A stretch of 64,000 nucleotides of DNA from Alphaproteobacteria bacterium. GTDB taxonomy: Bacteria; Pseudomonadota; Alphaproteobacteria; MPNO01. Under the pieces are notes generated by a model. The model did not search any database. It saw only the letters and a program-made list of their open reading frames with translations, and was not told where the DNA came from. Made by a program: the position numbers and the translations under genes. Where the stretch lies: NCBI GenBank assembly GCA_965248835.1, contig CBDFLJ010000001.1, forward strand, positions 928,001-992,000, read 5' to 3'. Of the stretch, positions 51,390 through 60,278 are shown in pieces (the stretch's first letter is position 1; every line of letters starts with the position of its first letter).

Positions 51390-53066
51390 CTACGGCGCGG
51401 CGCCGTAGTCCCGCGCCGCGGCTTGAGCGCTGACGTAGCCCAGCGCCACGTCACGCGCGATCGCGTCTGGGCTGCGCTCGCCGGGCGGGCCAAATCCGCC
51501 GCCGCCGGGGCTTTGGATCCGCACCTTCTGGCCGCGCTTGAGGACGGCGCCGAACAGCTTGGCCCCCATCACCGGCGCGCGCGGCCCGTCGTCGGTGTCG
51601 TAGCGCACCAGGTTGAGCGCGCCCGGCCCGCCGCCGAGGACGCCCGGCGGAGCAAAGGCGCCGCGCTCGCCGAGCACCACCAGATCGGCGGTCTCCTCCA
51701 GCACCTCGATCTCGTAGACCGCGCCCAGGCCGCCGCGGTGACGGCCGGGCCCGCCGCTGTCCGGGCGCAGGGCCCATTGGTTGAAGATCACCGGGAAGGC
51801 CGCCTCGAAGATCTCGACCGGCGGGATGCTCGCCATCGAGATCGGCGCGTTGCCGTGGTCCAGCCCGTCGCCATGGGGATGTCCGCCATGCCCGCCGCCG
51901 AAGAAGGTGAACAGGATCCATCTCCGTCTTTGCGCATCCGAGCGCCGGCCCGAAAGGAGCAGCGCGTTGATCGTCCCGTAGGGCGCGCCGTTGACCCGGT
52001 CGGGTGCGACCTGGGCGAAGGCGCAGAACATCACGTCGATCATCCGAAGGATGGTCTCGGTATAGCCGGAGACCGGCCTGGGCGGGACGGCGGCAAGGAT
52101 GCTGCCGTCGGGGATGACATGGGTGACCGGCGCCAGCACGCCTGCATTGGCGGGCAGTTCGTGGAAGATGTGCTTGAGCCCGACGAAGGTCGCGGCGATC
52201 GCCGTCGGCCGGGAGATGTTGAGCGGGCCGGCGCACGCCGCCCCGCTGCGCGAGAAGTCGAGCGTGATCGCATCGCCTTCGATCACCAGGTCGAGGGCGA
52301 TGCGGATCGGCGTGTCCTCGATCCCGTCGTTGTCGAGCCAGTCCTCGGCGCTGTAGGTGCCGTCGGGCAGCGCAGCGATCTCGGCGCGCATCAGCCGCGC
52401 CGCGCGCGCGGTGATCTCGGCCATCGTCGCGGCCACGGTGGCCGCGCCGTAATCGGCGATCAGTGCTTGCAGCCGGCGCGCGCCGAGCGCGAGCGCGGCA
52501 AGCTGGGCGCTGAGGTCGCCATAGGCACTGTCGGGCAGGCGCGAGTTGGCGCGGATGATGGCGACCACGTCGGGGTCGATCCGGCCGCCCGCGACCAGCT
52601 TCACCGGGGGGATGCGCACGCCTTCCTGCATCGCATCGCGCGCCAGCGGATTGTAGTTGCCCGGCACGTTGCCGCCGATGTCCTGGTAGTGGCCGACGGA
52701 GGCGAGCGTGCAGAACGGCGCGCCGTCGTGGAAGAACGGGCGTACGAGCTTGAAATCGTTGAGGTGCGTCGCCCCCTCATAGGGATCGTTGGACAGGTAC
52801 ACATCGCCTGGTCTGAAACCGCCGTCGGAAGCGGCACGGGCCATCGCGAGCCGGGTGGCGAAGCTCATCGCGCCGACGAAGATCGGCAGGCCGGCCTTGC
52901 CCTGGACCAGCGTGTCGCCGGTCGCGGCATCGTAGATGCCGTGGCTGCCGTCACGGGCCTCGGCGATCACCGGGCTGAAGGCGGCACGGAACAGGGTGGC
53001 GTCCATCTCGTCGACGATCTGTTCGAGCCGGCCGCGGATGACGGCGAGCGTGACCGGGTCGGTCAT
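51390..53066 (-). CDS. hydantoinase B/oxoprolinase subunit, copy 1
   Basis: DPVTL, AFSPVI, NDPY..ATHLND, GHYQD and PGGGGFG motifs. Confidence 0.93.
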   Translation of the reverse strand: MTDPVTLAVIRGRLEQIVDEMDATLFRAAFSPVIAEARDGSHGIYDAATGDTLVQGKAGLPIFVGAMSFATRLAMARAASDGGFRPGDVYLSNDPYEGATHLNDFKLVRPFFHDGAPFCTLASVGHYQDIGGNVPGNYNPLARDAMQEGVRIPPVKLVAGGRIDPDVVAIIRANSRLPDSAYGDLSAQLAALALGARRLQALIADYGAATVAATMAEITARAARLMRAEIAALPDGTYSAEDWLDNDGIEDTPIRIALDLVIEGDAITLDFSRSGAACAGPLNISRPTAIAATFVGLKHIFHELPANAGVLAPVTHVIPDGSILAAVPPRPVSGYTETILRMIDVMFCAFAQVAPDRVNGAPYGTINALLLSGRRSDAQRRRWILFTFFGGGHGGHPHGDGLDHGNAPISMASIPPVEIFEAAFPVIFNQWALRPDSGGPGRHRGGLGAVYEIEVLEETADLVVLGERGAFAPPGVLGGGPGALNLVRYDTDDGPRAPVMGAKLFGAVLKRGQKVRIQSPGGGGFGPPGERSPDAIARDVALGYVSAQAAARDYGAAP

Positions 53067-53148
53067 CGTGCGGGGGACGCCGGGGCCGAACGTTGCATCG
53101 CGGTGCGATGATGGCATAGTGCGCGCATCAAGTCATGGGAGCGCCGCG

Positions 53149-53724
53149 ATGGAGATCCGCAAGCTGGTGAGCATTGTCGAGGAGACGCGCATCGAGCTCG
53201 GCCGGCCCATAGAGCCGCCGACCCGGCAGGCCGCGGCGGTGGCGGTGATCGCCAACCCCTATGCCGGGCGCTATGACGCCACGCTGGAGGCGCTGCAGGC
53301 GGCGGGCGCCGAGCTCGGCGACATGCTGGTGCGCCGGGCGGTCGCAGCGCTGGGCATCGACGGTCAAGCGGTGCACAGCTACGGCAAAGCCGCGATCGTC
53401 GGCGAGAACGGCGAGCGCGAACATGCCGCGGCCGTCCTGCATCCCCGGCTCGGCCGCCCGGTGCGCGAGGTCGTCGGGCCAGCCAGCTCGATCATGCCGT
53501 CCACCAAGAAGATCGGCGGTCCCGGGACGGTCATCGACTGCCCGCTGCACCACAAGGACGACATGTGGAAGTTCAGCCACTTCGATTCGATGGCGGTCTC
53601 GCTCGGCGACGCGCCCAGGGCCGATGAGATCGTCGTCATCGTCGCGGTCAGCGATGCCGGCCGCCCGGCCCACCGCGTGGGCGAGGACGTCAAGGTCGCC
53701 GACGTCATGGCGCGCGCCGGATAG
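53149..53724 (+). CDS. amino acid synthesis family protein (DUF1185-like)
   Basis: IRKLV, AVIANPYAGRY, SYGKAAIVGENGEREH, SHFDSM and DAPRADEIV motifs. Confidence 0.85.
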   Translation: MEIRKLVSIVEETRIELGRPIEPPTRQAAAVAVIANPYAGRYDATLEALQAAGAELGDMLVRRAVAALGIDGQAVHSYGKAAIVGENGEREHAAAVLHPRLGRPVREVVGPASSIMPSTKKIGGPGTVIDCPLHHKDDMWKFSHFDSMAVSLGDAPRADEIVVIVAVSDAGRPAHRVGEDVKVADVMARAG

Positions 53725-53804
53725 CATCGGCGGCCCGGCGGCGGTGGCAATCATCGCCGCGATGATCTAAAGCTGCGCCGGTCCCAGACACCCCCGGAGG
53801 TCCC

Positions 53805-55013
53805 GTGTCGCTCCTGCGGCCGTTCCGCGCACTGATGCCGACGCCCCGGCACGCCCAGGCCGTCGCCGCGCCGCCCTACGACGTGCTGACCAGCGCCGAG
53901 GCCAGGGCGCGCGCGGCCGGCAACCGGCTGAGCTTTCTCCACGTCTCCAAGCCCGAGATCGACCTTCCCGAGGCGACGGCCCCGGATGCGCCGGAAGTCT
54001 ATGCCAAGGCGGCCGAGAACATGGCCTGGCTCCTCGCCCAAGGCGTGGTCGCCCGGGTCGGGCGGCCGAGCCTTTACGTCTATCGCGCAACCGCCGTCGG
54101 TCATTCGCAGACCGGTATCGCCGGTGCCGTCTCGGTCGCGGATTACCGGGCGGGCCTGGTCCGGCGGCACGAGCTGACCCGCCCCGACAAGGTCGCCGAC
54201 CGCGCCCGGCAGATCGAAGCCGTCGCTGCCCATACCGGTCCGGTCATGCTCGCCCATCGTGACGATCCGGCGCTGGCGCGGGCTACCGCGGCGCTCACCG
54301 CCGGAAAGCCGACGCTGAGCGCATCCTTCGACGGGGTCGATCACGCCGTCTGGGTGCCGTCCGAGGCGGACGCGGCAGCCCTGGGCGCGGCCGCCGACCG
54401 GTTGCCCGCGCTCTATATCGCCGATGGCCATCACCGCTCCGAGGCGGCGTCGCTTGTGGCCGGGTCGGGCAATGGCGAGCCGGCCAACTTCCTCGGCATC
54501 GCCTTTCCCGAAAGCCAGATGCGGATCCTCGACTACAACCGGACGGTGCGCGATCTCAACGGAAGGCAGGCCGAAGACCTGCTGCGCGAGGTCTCCGGTC
54601 CGTTCGACGTCACCCCGTCCGACGCGCCGGTCAGACCGGACCGGCGCCATGTCTTCGGCATGTACCTCGCCGGCGGCTGGCACAGGCTCGCATTGCGCGC
54701 ACCGCCGGCGGCCGACGCCGATCCGGCGGCGCGGCTCGACGTCGCCGTCCTGTCGCGGACGATCCTCGCGCCGGTTCTCGGGCTCGGCGATCCGACGCGC
54801 GAGACCAGGATCGATTTCGTCGGCGGCAGCCGCGGCCTCGAGGCGCTGGCCGCGCGCGTCGACAGCGGCGAGATGGCGGTCGCCTTCGCGCTTTACCCGA
54901 CCGCGCTAGCGGATCTTTTCGCGGTCGCCGACGCCGGCCGGACCATGCCGCCCAAATCGACCTGGTTCGATCCCAAGCTCGCCGACGGGCTGCTGTCGCT
55001 GCCGCTCGACTGA
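53805..55013 (+). CDS. DUF1015 family protein
   Basis: PPYDV, SFLHV, RRHELTR, YIADGHHR and MPPKSTWFDPK motifs; GGAGG SD. Confidence 0.9.
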   Translation: MSLLRPFRALMPTPRHAQAVAAPPYDVLTSAEARARAAGNRLSFLHVSKPEIDLPEATAPDAPEVYAKAAENMAWLLAQGVVARVGRPSLYVYRATAVGHSQTGIAGAVSVADYRAGLVRRHELTRPDKVADRARQIEAVAAHTGPVMLAHRDDPALARATAALTAGKPTLSASFDGVDHAVWVPSEADAAALGAAADRLPALYIADGHHRSEAASLVAGSGNGEPANFLGIAFPESQMRILDYNRTVRDLNGRQAEDLLREVSGPFDVTPSDAPVRPDRRHVFGMYLAGGWHRLALRAPPAADADPAARLDVAVLSRTILAPVLGLGDPTRETRIDFVGGSRGLEALAARVDSGEMAVAFALYPTALADLFAVADAGRTMPPKSTWFDPKLADGLLSLPLD

Positions 55014-55018
55014 ACGGC

Positions 55019-55381
55019 TCAGCCGGGCTCGGCGATGTCGACGATCCGGTGGGGCGAGGCATGGATGCCCAGCGTCTTCAGAGGGCTGTCGCCGATCACC
55101 CGGAAAGCGTGGCGAACGCCGGGCTCGAGCACCAGGGTCACCCCGGGCTCGAGCGCCACGGTCTCGCCGCCGTCGGCCGACCAGGCCTCGCCCCGCCCTT
55201 CGAGCACGGTGATCACCTCGACATAGGGGTGGGCATGTTCGGGCGTCGCATAGCCGGGCGGCGAGACCTGGATGCCGGTGCGGATCGGTGTCGAACCCGC
55301 GTCGTCGCCGACCAGGGTCTGATATGTCGCACCGCCGGGAAATTCCTCCTTCGCGACGGTGTCGTGCCTGACGACCATCAT
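55019..55381 (-). CDS. cupin domain protein
   Basis: HAHPYVE...GVRHAF cupin motifs; GGAGG SD; ATGA overlap. Confidence 0.82.
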   Translation of the reverse strand: MMVVRHDTVAKEEFPGGATYQTLVGDDAGSTPIRTGIQVSPPGYATPEHAHPYVEVITVLEGRGEAWSADGGETVALEPGVTLVLEPGVRHAFRVIGDSPLKTLGIHASPHRIVDIAEPG

Positions 55382-56061
55382 TGCGCCGTTCCCTCCTTTT
55401 GCCATCCGGTGCGCCGCAGCATCGTGGCGCCCGCCCGGGACGACCGCCGCGCGCGGTGGCCTGCCGGGTTCCTGATCCACGTGCCCGCGCGGTAGCTTCC
55501 GTGCTCGTCGGTCAGCGCGCCGGCGAGGATCAGCAGCTCCTCGCCGTCGGCCGGCCCGAACGCGGCCGGTCCGGTACCGGGCGCGAACCGGACCAGCTCC
55601 ATTGTCTCCGCGAAGCCGTCCTGGCGATAGAGCGTTTTGCGGGACACGCCGGCGGCTTCGTCCGGCTCCCATTCGAGCGCCCCGGTACGGATCACCGCCT
55701 GGCGGCGCGCTTCACCGGGATATTGGCGCAGCTTGACGAACAGCATGCAGCCCTCCCTGACCTCCGGTGCGTGGCTCGTGCCGTCGGGGTTCAGCACGTA
55801 GGTGCCGGCCGGGTAGCGGCCGTGCTCGTCGCCGAAGGTGCCTGAAAGGACCAGGAATTCCTCACCGCCGGGATGGCTGTGCGGCGCGAACCGGCTATGC
55901 GGAGCGTAACGGACGATCGCGGTCACCCGGCCGGCTTCGACCGGTCCGTCGAGGTGGAGGCGCTTGCGCAGCACCCCTGGGGCGGGGCTCGGACGCCAGG
56001 CAAGCCGGGTTGTGTCGATGATCACCCGGCGCGACAGATCGGCGTTGAGATGCCCGCTCAC
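55378..56061 (-). CDS. ChrR-like double cupin protein
   Basis: LNADLS.RV, HSHPGGEEFLVLSG.FGDEHG and FVKLRQ motifs. Confidence 0.87.
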   Translation of the reverse strand: MSGHLNADLSRRVIIDTTRLAWRPSPAPGVLRKRLHLDGPVEAGRVTAIVRYAPHSRFAPHSHPGGEEFLVLSGTFGDEHGRYPAGTYVLNPDGTSHAPEVREGCMLFVKLRQYPGEARRQAVIRTGALEWEPDEAAGVSRKTLYRQDGFAETMELVRFAPGTGPAAFGPADGEELLILAGALTDEHGSYRAGTWIRNPAGHRARRSSRAGATMLRRTGWQKEGTAQ

Positions 56062-56092
56062 TCCATCCTCCCCCCGCGGGTACGCGGCGCGC

Positions 56093-57844
56093 TCAGCGCG
56101 CGGGGACCATCCCGGTCCGTCGCGCGACCGTCCAGTAGATCACCAGGATCGGCGCCATCAAGGCGATCATGATGACCGCCACCGCCGAGGCCTCGCCATA
56201 GGCCGATGTCAGCACGAAGCTCCAGACCACCATGGACAGCGGCTGGTTGTCGCCGGTCGACAGCACCACCGGCAGCGTGAGCTCGCGGTAGCTCAACAGC
56301 GCGATCCAGATCCAGGCATACAGCATCGCCGGGCTCAGCAGCGGGATCAGCACCCGGCGCATCACGCCCATCGTGCTCGCCCCGCTCATGCGGGCGGATT
56401 CCTCGAGCTCGGTGTGGATCTGGATCAGCCCGGAATTGGTCATCCGCGTGCCGTAGCTCAGCCGGGCGACGACATAGACCAGGACCAGGACCCAGATCGT
56501 GCCATAGATCGGCACGATGTCGCGCAGCACGAACAGCGCGAGCAGCCACGCCGCGACGCTGAACACGATCGTCGGCACGGTATGGGGCAGAAAGGCGAAG
56601 AAGTCGAAGATCGCCCGCCCCGGCACTCTGGATCGCAGCACCACCCAGGAGATCCCGACGCTGAAGACGACGGTGATCGTCGGCACCAGGATCATCAGGG
56701 TGCCGGTATTGCGCAGCCCGGTCAGAATCAGCGCCTCGGGCAGCTTGAAGTAGTTGTCGAAGGAAAGCTGCTCGACCGCCGCCATCGAGACCGGCTGCAG
56801 ATAGGGCAGACCTGCGGCCCATAGCAGGGTGAGGACCGGCAGAAGCTGGCTGAAGATGAAGAACAGGACGAAAAAGCCGATCGCGGGCCATTTGTAGCGG
56901 CCGAGACTGACCAGGCGCGGGCGGTAGGCCTTGCCGGTCACCACCGCATAGCGCGAGGACCGGCGCTGCACGGTGCTGTACCACCAAGTCAGGAACGCGG
57001 CGAAGACGACCATGATCACGCTGAGGCTCGCCACCCCGCCATATTCCGGCAGCCCGTCGGCCGGGCTGATCTCGCTGTAGACATAGGTGGAGAAGGTGAA
57101 GATCCGCTGCGACAGGCCGAGGATGGCTGGGACATCGAACGCCGCGAAGCCGATCGTATAGACATAGATGCTGGCCGCCAGGATCCCGGGCCAGGCCAGC
57201 GGCAGCGTCACCCGCCGCATGGTCTGCCACAGGTTCGCCCCGCCCATGCCCGCGGCCTCCTCCATCGAGGGGTCCATCGAGCGGAACACGATCGCGGTCA
57301 TGATGAAGGTCACCGGAGTCAGGCTGAGCCCTTCGACGATGCCCATCCCGAGGATGGTCGAGATGTTGAGCGGCGCCTCGGCAAGGCCGAAGACCGCGAT
57401 CAGGATGTGGTTGATCAGCCCGATCCGCGGGTGCAGCAGGAACAGCCAACCGAGCGCGACCGAGAAACCGGGGATCAGCAGCGCAATCGTCAGCAGCGTG
57501 AAGACGATCGGCTTGCCGGGAAAGTCGGTGCGCTCGACGATCCACGCCATCGGCAGGGCGAGGATCAGCGCCACCGCCAGCGTGATCGCCGAAAACAGCA
57601 CCGTGTTGAGGATCACCCGGTAGGTGAACGGGTCGAGAAAGATCTCCGAATAGTAATAGAGCGTGTAAACGAGGTCGTCGTCGCCGGGCGAGCCCTCGGT
57701 GAAGCTGAGCCATAAGATGACCAGGAGCAGGGCCAGGACGGCGGCGCTCGCCAGCACGGCGCCGCCGAGCATAACGGCGGGAAGATAGTCCCGCCGCCCG
57801 ACGGAAGCGGCGGCGGGGAGGCGGATCCCGGCGAGGCCGGCCAT
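56093..57844 (-). CDS. ABC transporter fused permease (FbpB/ThiP-like)
   Basis: About 12 TM segments; two EAA loops (MEEAAGMGGA, LEESARMSGA). Confidence 0.9.
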   Translation of the reverse strand: MAGLAGIRLPAAASVGRRDYLPAVMLGGAVLASAAVLALLLVILWLSFTEGSPGDDDLVYTLYYYSEIFLDPFTYRVILNTVLFSAITLAVALILALPMAWIVERTDFPGKPIVFTLLTIALLIPGFSVALGWLFLLHPRIGLINHILIAVFGLAEAPLNISTILGMGIVEGLSLTPVTFIMTAIVFRSMDPSMEEAAGMGGANLWQTMRRVTLPLAWPGILAASIYVYTIGFAAFDVPAILGLSQRIFTFSTYVYSEISPADGLPEYGGVASLSVIMVVFAAFLTWWYSTVQRRSSRYAVVTGKAYRPRLVSLGRYKWPAIGFFVLFFIFSQLLPVLTLLWAAGLPYLQPVSMAAVEQLSFDNYFKLPEALILTGLRNTGTLMILVPTITVVFSVGISWVVLRSRVPGRAIFDFFAFLPHTVPTIVFSVAAWLLALFVLRDIVPIYGTIWVLVLVYVVARLSYGTRMTNSGLIQIHTELEESARMSGASTMGVMRRVLIPLLSPAMLYAWIWIALLSYRELTLPVVLSTGDNQPLSMVVWSFVLTSAYGEASAVAVIMIALMAPILVIYWTVARRTGMVPAR

Positions 57845-57853
57845 GCCGCGCCG

Positions 57854-58658
57854 TCACCGCCTGCGCGGATAAGCGGCCGCGGTCCCGCGCCTGCTCGGCC
57901 TCATACAGCCCGCCGGTCGACTGGACGACCAGGAAGGACCCCGCGAAGCCGGCGCTGCGTAGATGGTCCTCGATCTCGCCGATATAGGAGCGCACCTTGG
58001 GGCCGATATAGGCATTGGCGACCACGGTCGAGGTGCGCTCGAACTCGCGGTACTCCTGTGAAAGCTCGTGCGAGGCCGAGACGAAGAGGTGGGGATGGGC
58101 CTCTTCCAGCATCCGCTTGGCGCGCAGCTCGTGATCGGGGTTGCGGTAGCAGTGCAGGAACAGGATCGCCACCGCCTCCATGCCCAGGGCGTCGATCTCG
58201 ACGCCCAGCGCGCGCAGCCGGTCCTCGTCCAGCGGGACGGCTACCTCCCCGGTCGCCAGCACGCGCTCCCGGACCTCGAAGCGCAGCGCGCGCTCGACCA
58301 GGGGTTCGTGCTTCTGGAAGAACAGGTTGTAGGAATCGGGCCGGTTGATCCGGCCGATCTCGTAGATGTCGCGGAACCCCTCGGTGGTGATCAGCGCCGT
58401 CTTCGCGCCGGTGCGCTCAAGGATCGTGTTGACCGCAATCGTCGAGCCGTGCAGGAACAGGCCCGCCGCGCCGAACGCGGTGCCGGCCTTTGCGACCCCG
58501 GCCTCGATGCCGTCGACCAGGCGGTCCGGCGTCGACAGCGTCTTGCCCAGCAGCAACGAGCCGGTGGTCTCGTCGAACGCCGCGATGTCGGTGAACGTCC
58601 CGCCGATATCGGCTGCCAGCCTGATCCGCGAGCCCGCGCGCGCCGCCTCATCCACCAT
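57854..58658 (-). pseudogene. truncated hydantoinase/oxoprolinase A (N-terminal ~260 aa) ending at an apparent deletion junction
   Basis: DIGGTFTD, HGSTIAVN, EYREFERTST and VQSTGG are present, but similarity stops near 57885, before SGPAAG/DMGGT; the frame then runs on out of frame across the permease. Confidence 0.78.
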
Positions 58659-58711
58659 CGCCGGCCCCCTCGCCATCAGGTCGTCCGTCGCCTTGACCGC
58701 CGGCCGCCGTC

Positions 58712-59815
58712 TCAGGACCGCATCGCCAGCACGTGCTCGGGCGGCAGATGCAGGACCACCCGATGACCGAGCGCGGGCGGTGCCGCCGGATGAAGCTGGA
58801 CGTGGAGGCTGTGGCCGGCGACGTCGACCACGCAGTCGAGCATGTTGCCGAGGAAGGTCACGGCCTCGACCATACCTTCGACGGCGTTGCCGTCCGCTCC
58901 CGCGCCCGGTGCGCCGAGCACGACGTTCTCCGGCCGGACCGCGACCTTGACCGGATCGCCCACCGAGGCGCCGCCCGCAACCCGACAAGTCAGGGTGCCG
59001 ATCGGTGTTTCGACCCGGGCGCGCTGTCCGCCGTCCACCTCCTCGAGCCCGCGCACCGCGCCTTCGAGGAAATTCGTCTTGCCGATGAAGTCGGCAACGA
59101 ACGAGCCCTGCGGCGCGGCGTAGATCTCCCGCGGCGAGCCTTCCTGGATGATCTTGCCGTCGCTCATGACGCCCATGACGTCGGACATGGTCAGCGCCTC
59201 GATCTGCTCGTGGGTGACGAACAGCGTGGTTACGTCCAGCCGTTTGACCAGATCGGCGAGCTCGAAGCGCATCTCCTCGCGCAGCTTGGCATCGAGGTTC
59301 GACAGCGGCTCGTCGAGCAGCAGCACCTTGGGCTCGCCAACCAGCGCGCGGGCGAGCGCCAGGCGCTGCTGCTGCCCGCCCGACAGGAAGGGGGCGGGGC
59401 GGTCCTCCAGCCCGTCGAGCTGGACCAGCGCCAGCGCGGTGCGCACCCGATCCCGGATCTCCGGTTTGCGCGGTCTGGGCCTGGCGTGGACCAGCGGGAA
59501 GGCAACGTTCTCGAAGACGCTCATGTGCGGCCAGATCGCATAGGACTGAAAGACCATGCCGATGTCGCGCTCGTTGGGCGGCACCCAGATGTCCTTCTCG
59601 GAGGAGTACACGACCTCGCCGCCGACCGCGATCTCGCCGGAGTCCGGCCGCTCCAGCCCGGCGACGCAGCGCAAGGTGGTCGTCTTGCCGCAGCCCGAGG
59701 GACCGAGCAGGGTATAGAACTGGGCCTGTTCGAGGACGATCGAGATGCCGCGCACCGCGTGGTGCTCGACCCCGGCGGACCGGTATGTCAGGGACAGGGA
59801 TTCAATTTGGATCAT
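58712..59815 (-). CDS. ABC transporter ATP-binding protein (PotA/FbpC-like)
   Basis: GPSGCGKTT, VFQSYA, LSGGQQQR and LLLDEP motifs; TOBE-like C-terminus. Confidence 0.94.
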   Translation of the reverse strand: MIQIESLSLTYRSAGVEHHAVRGISIVLEQAQFYTLLGPSGCGKTTTLRCVAGLERPDSGEIAVGGEVVYSSEKDIWVPPNERDIGMVFQSYAIWPHMSVFENVAFPLVHARPRPRKPEIRDRVRTALALVQLDGLEDRPAPFLSGGQQQRLALARALVGEPKVLLLDEPLSNLDAKLREEMRFELADLVKRLDVTTLFVTHEQIEALTMSDVMGVMSDGKIIQEGSPREIYAAPQGSFVADFIGKTNFLEGAVRGLEEVDGGQRARVETPIGTLTCRVAGGASVGDPVKVAVRPENVVLGAPGAGADGNAVEGMVEAVTFLGNMLDCVVDVAGHSLHVQLHPAAPPALGHRVVLHLPPEHVLAMRS

Positions 59816-60002
59816 CGGCTTCGATCATCGGCGCGCACGCAGCGGCATCTCTTTTCTCCGCGAGGTCGGGATGATCTTGCACAGCCGCGCACGCCGTGGC
59901 GAGTGGTTTCCCGACCCATCGGCTTGAAGCCTTCCGGCGGGCGCCATAGACTCGCCCTCAGCAGCCGGCGGCCGCACGGTGCGCCGCCGGGAGGAGGCTG
60001 GC

Positions 60003-60266
60003 ATGACGGAGAAGGAAGACAAGGAAGACTGCGCCGGGCCGGTGCCGTCCGAACCCCTGCCGGACGATCTTTCCGGGCGTATCAGCTACGGCGATCAGTC
60101 GGCGCACCTCGCGTTCCAGCAGCAGCTCGCCGACCTCCTGGCCCAGGCCGATATCACCGAGGAGCAGCGCCAGCAGTTCCTGATCGCAGCGAGTTGCCCG
60201 TGCTGCGGCGCCGGCGGCCTGTCGCTCAGCCTCGCGCTCAAGCCCGACGCGACGCCGCGGTTCTAA
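60003..60266 (+). CDS. small acidic hypothetical protein with CPCC motif (87 aa)
   Basis: GGAGGAGG SD; high GC3 codons; ...QQFLIAASCPCCGAGGLSLSL... Confidence 0.75.
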   Translation: MTEKEDKEDCAGPVPSEPLPDDLSGRISYGDQSAHLAFQQQLADLLAQADITEEQRQQFLIAASCPCCGAGGLSLSLALKPDATPRF

Positions 60267-60278
60267 GCCGGACGCGCC

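Noticed and set aside
56058-58988. 976-aa ORF as a real hydantoinase fusion protein
   Set aside because: Only about 260 aa match HyuA; the rest is out-of-frame read-through over the ABC permease.
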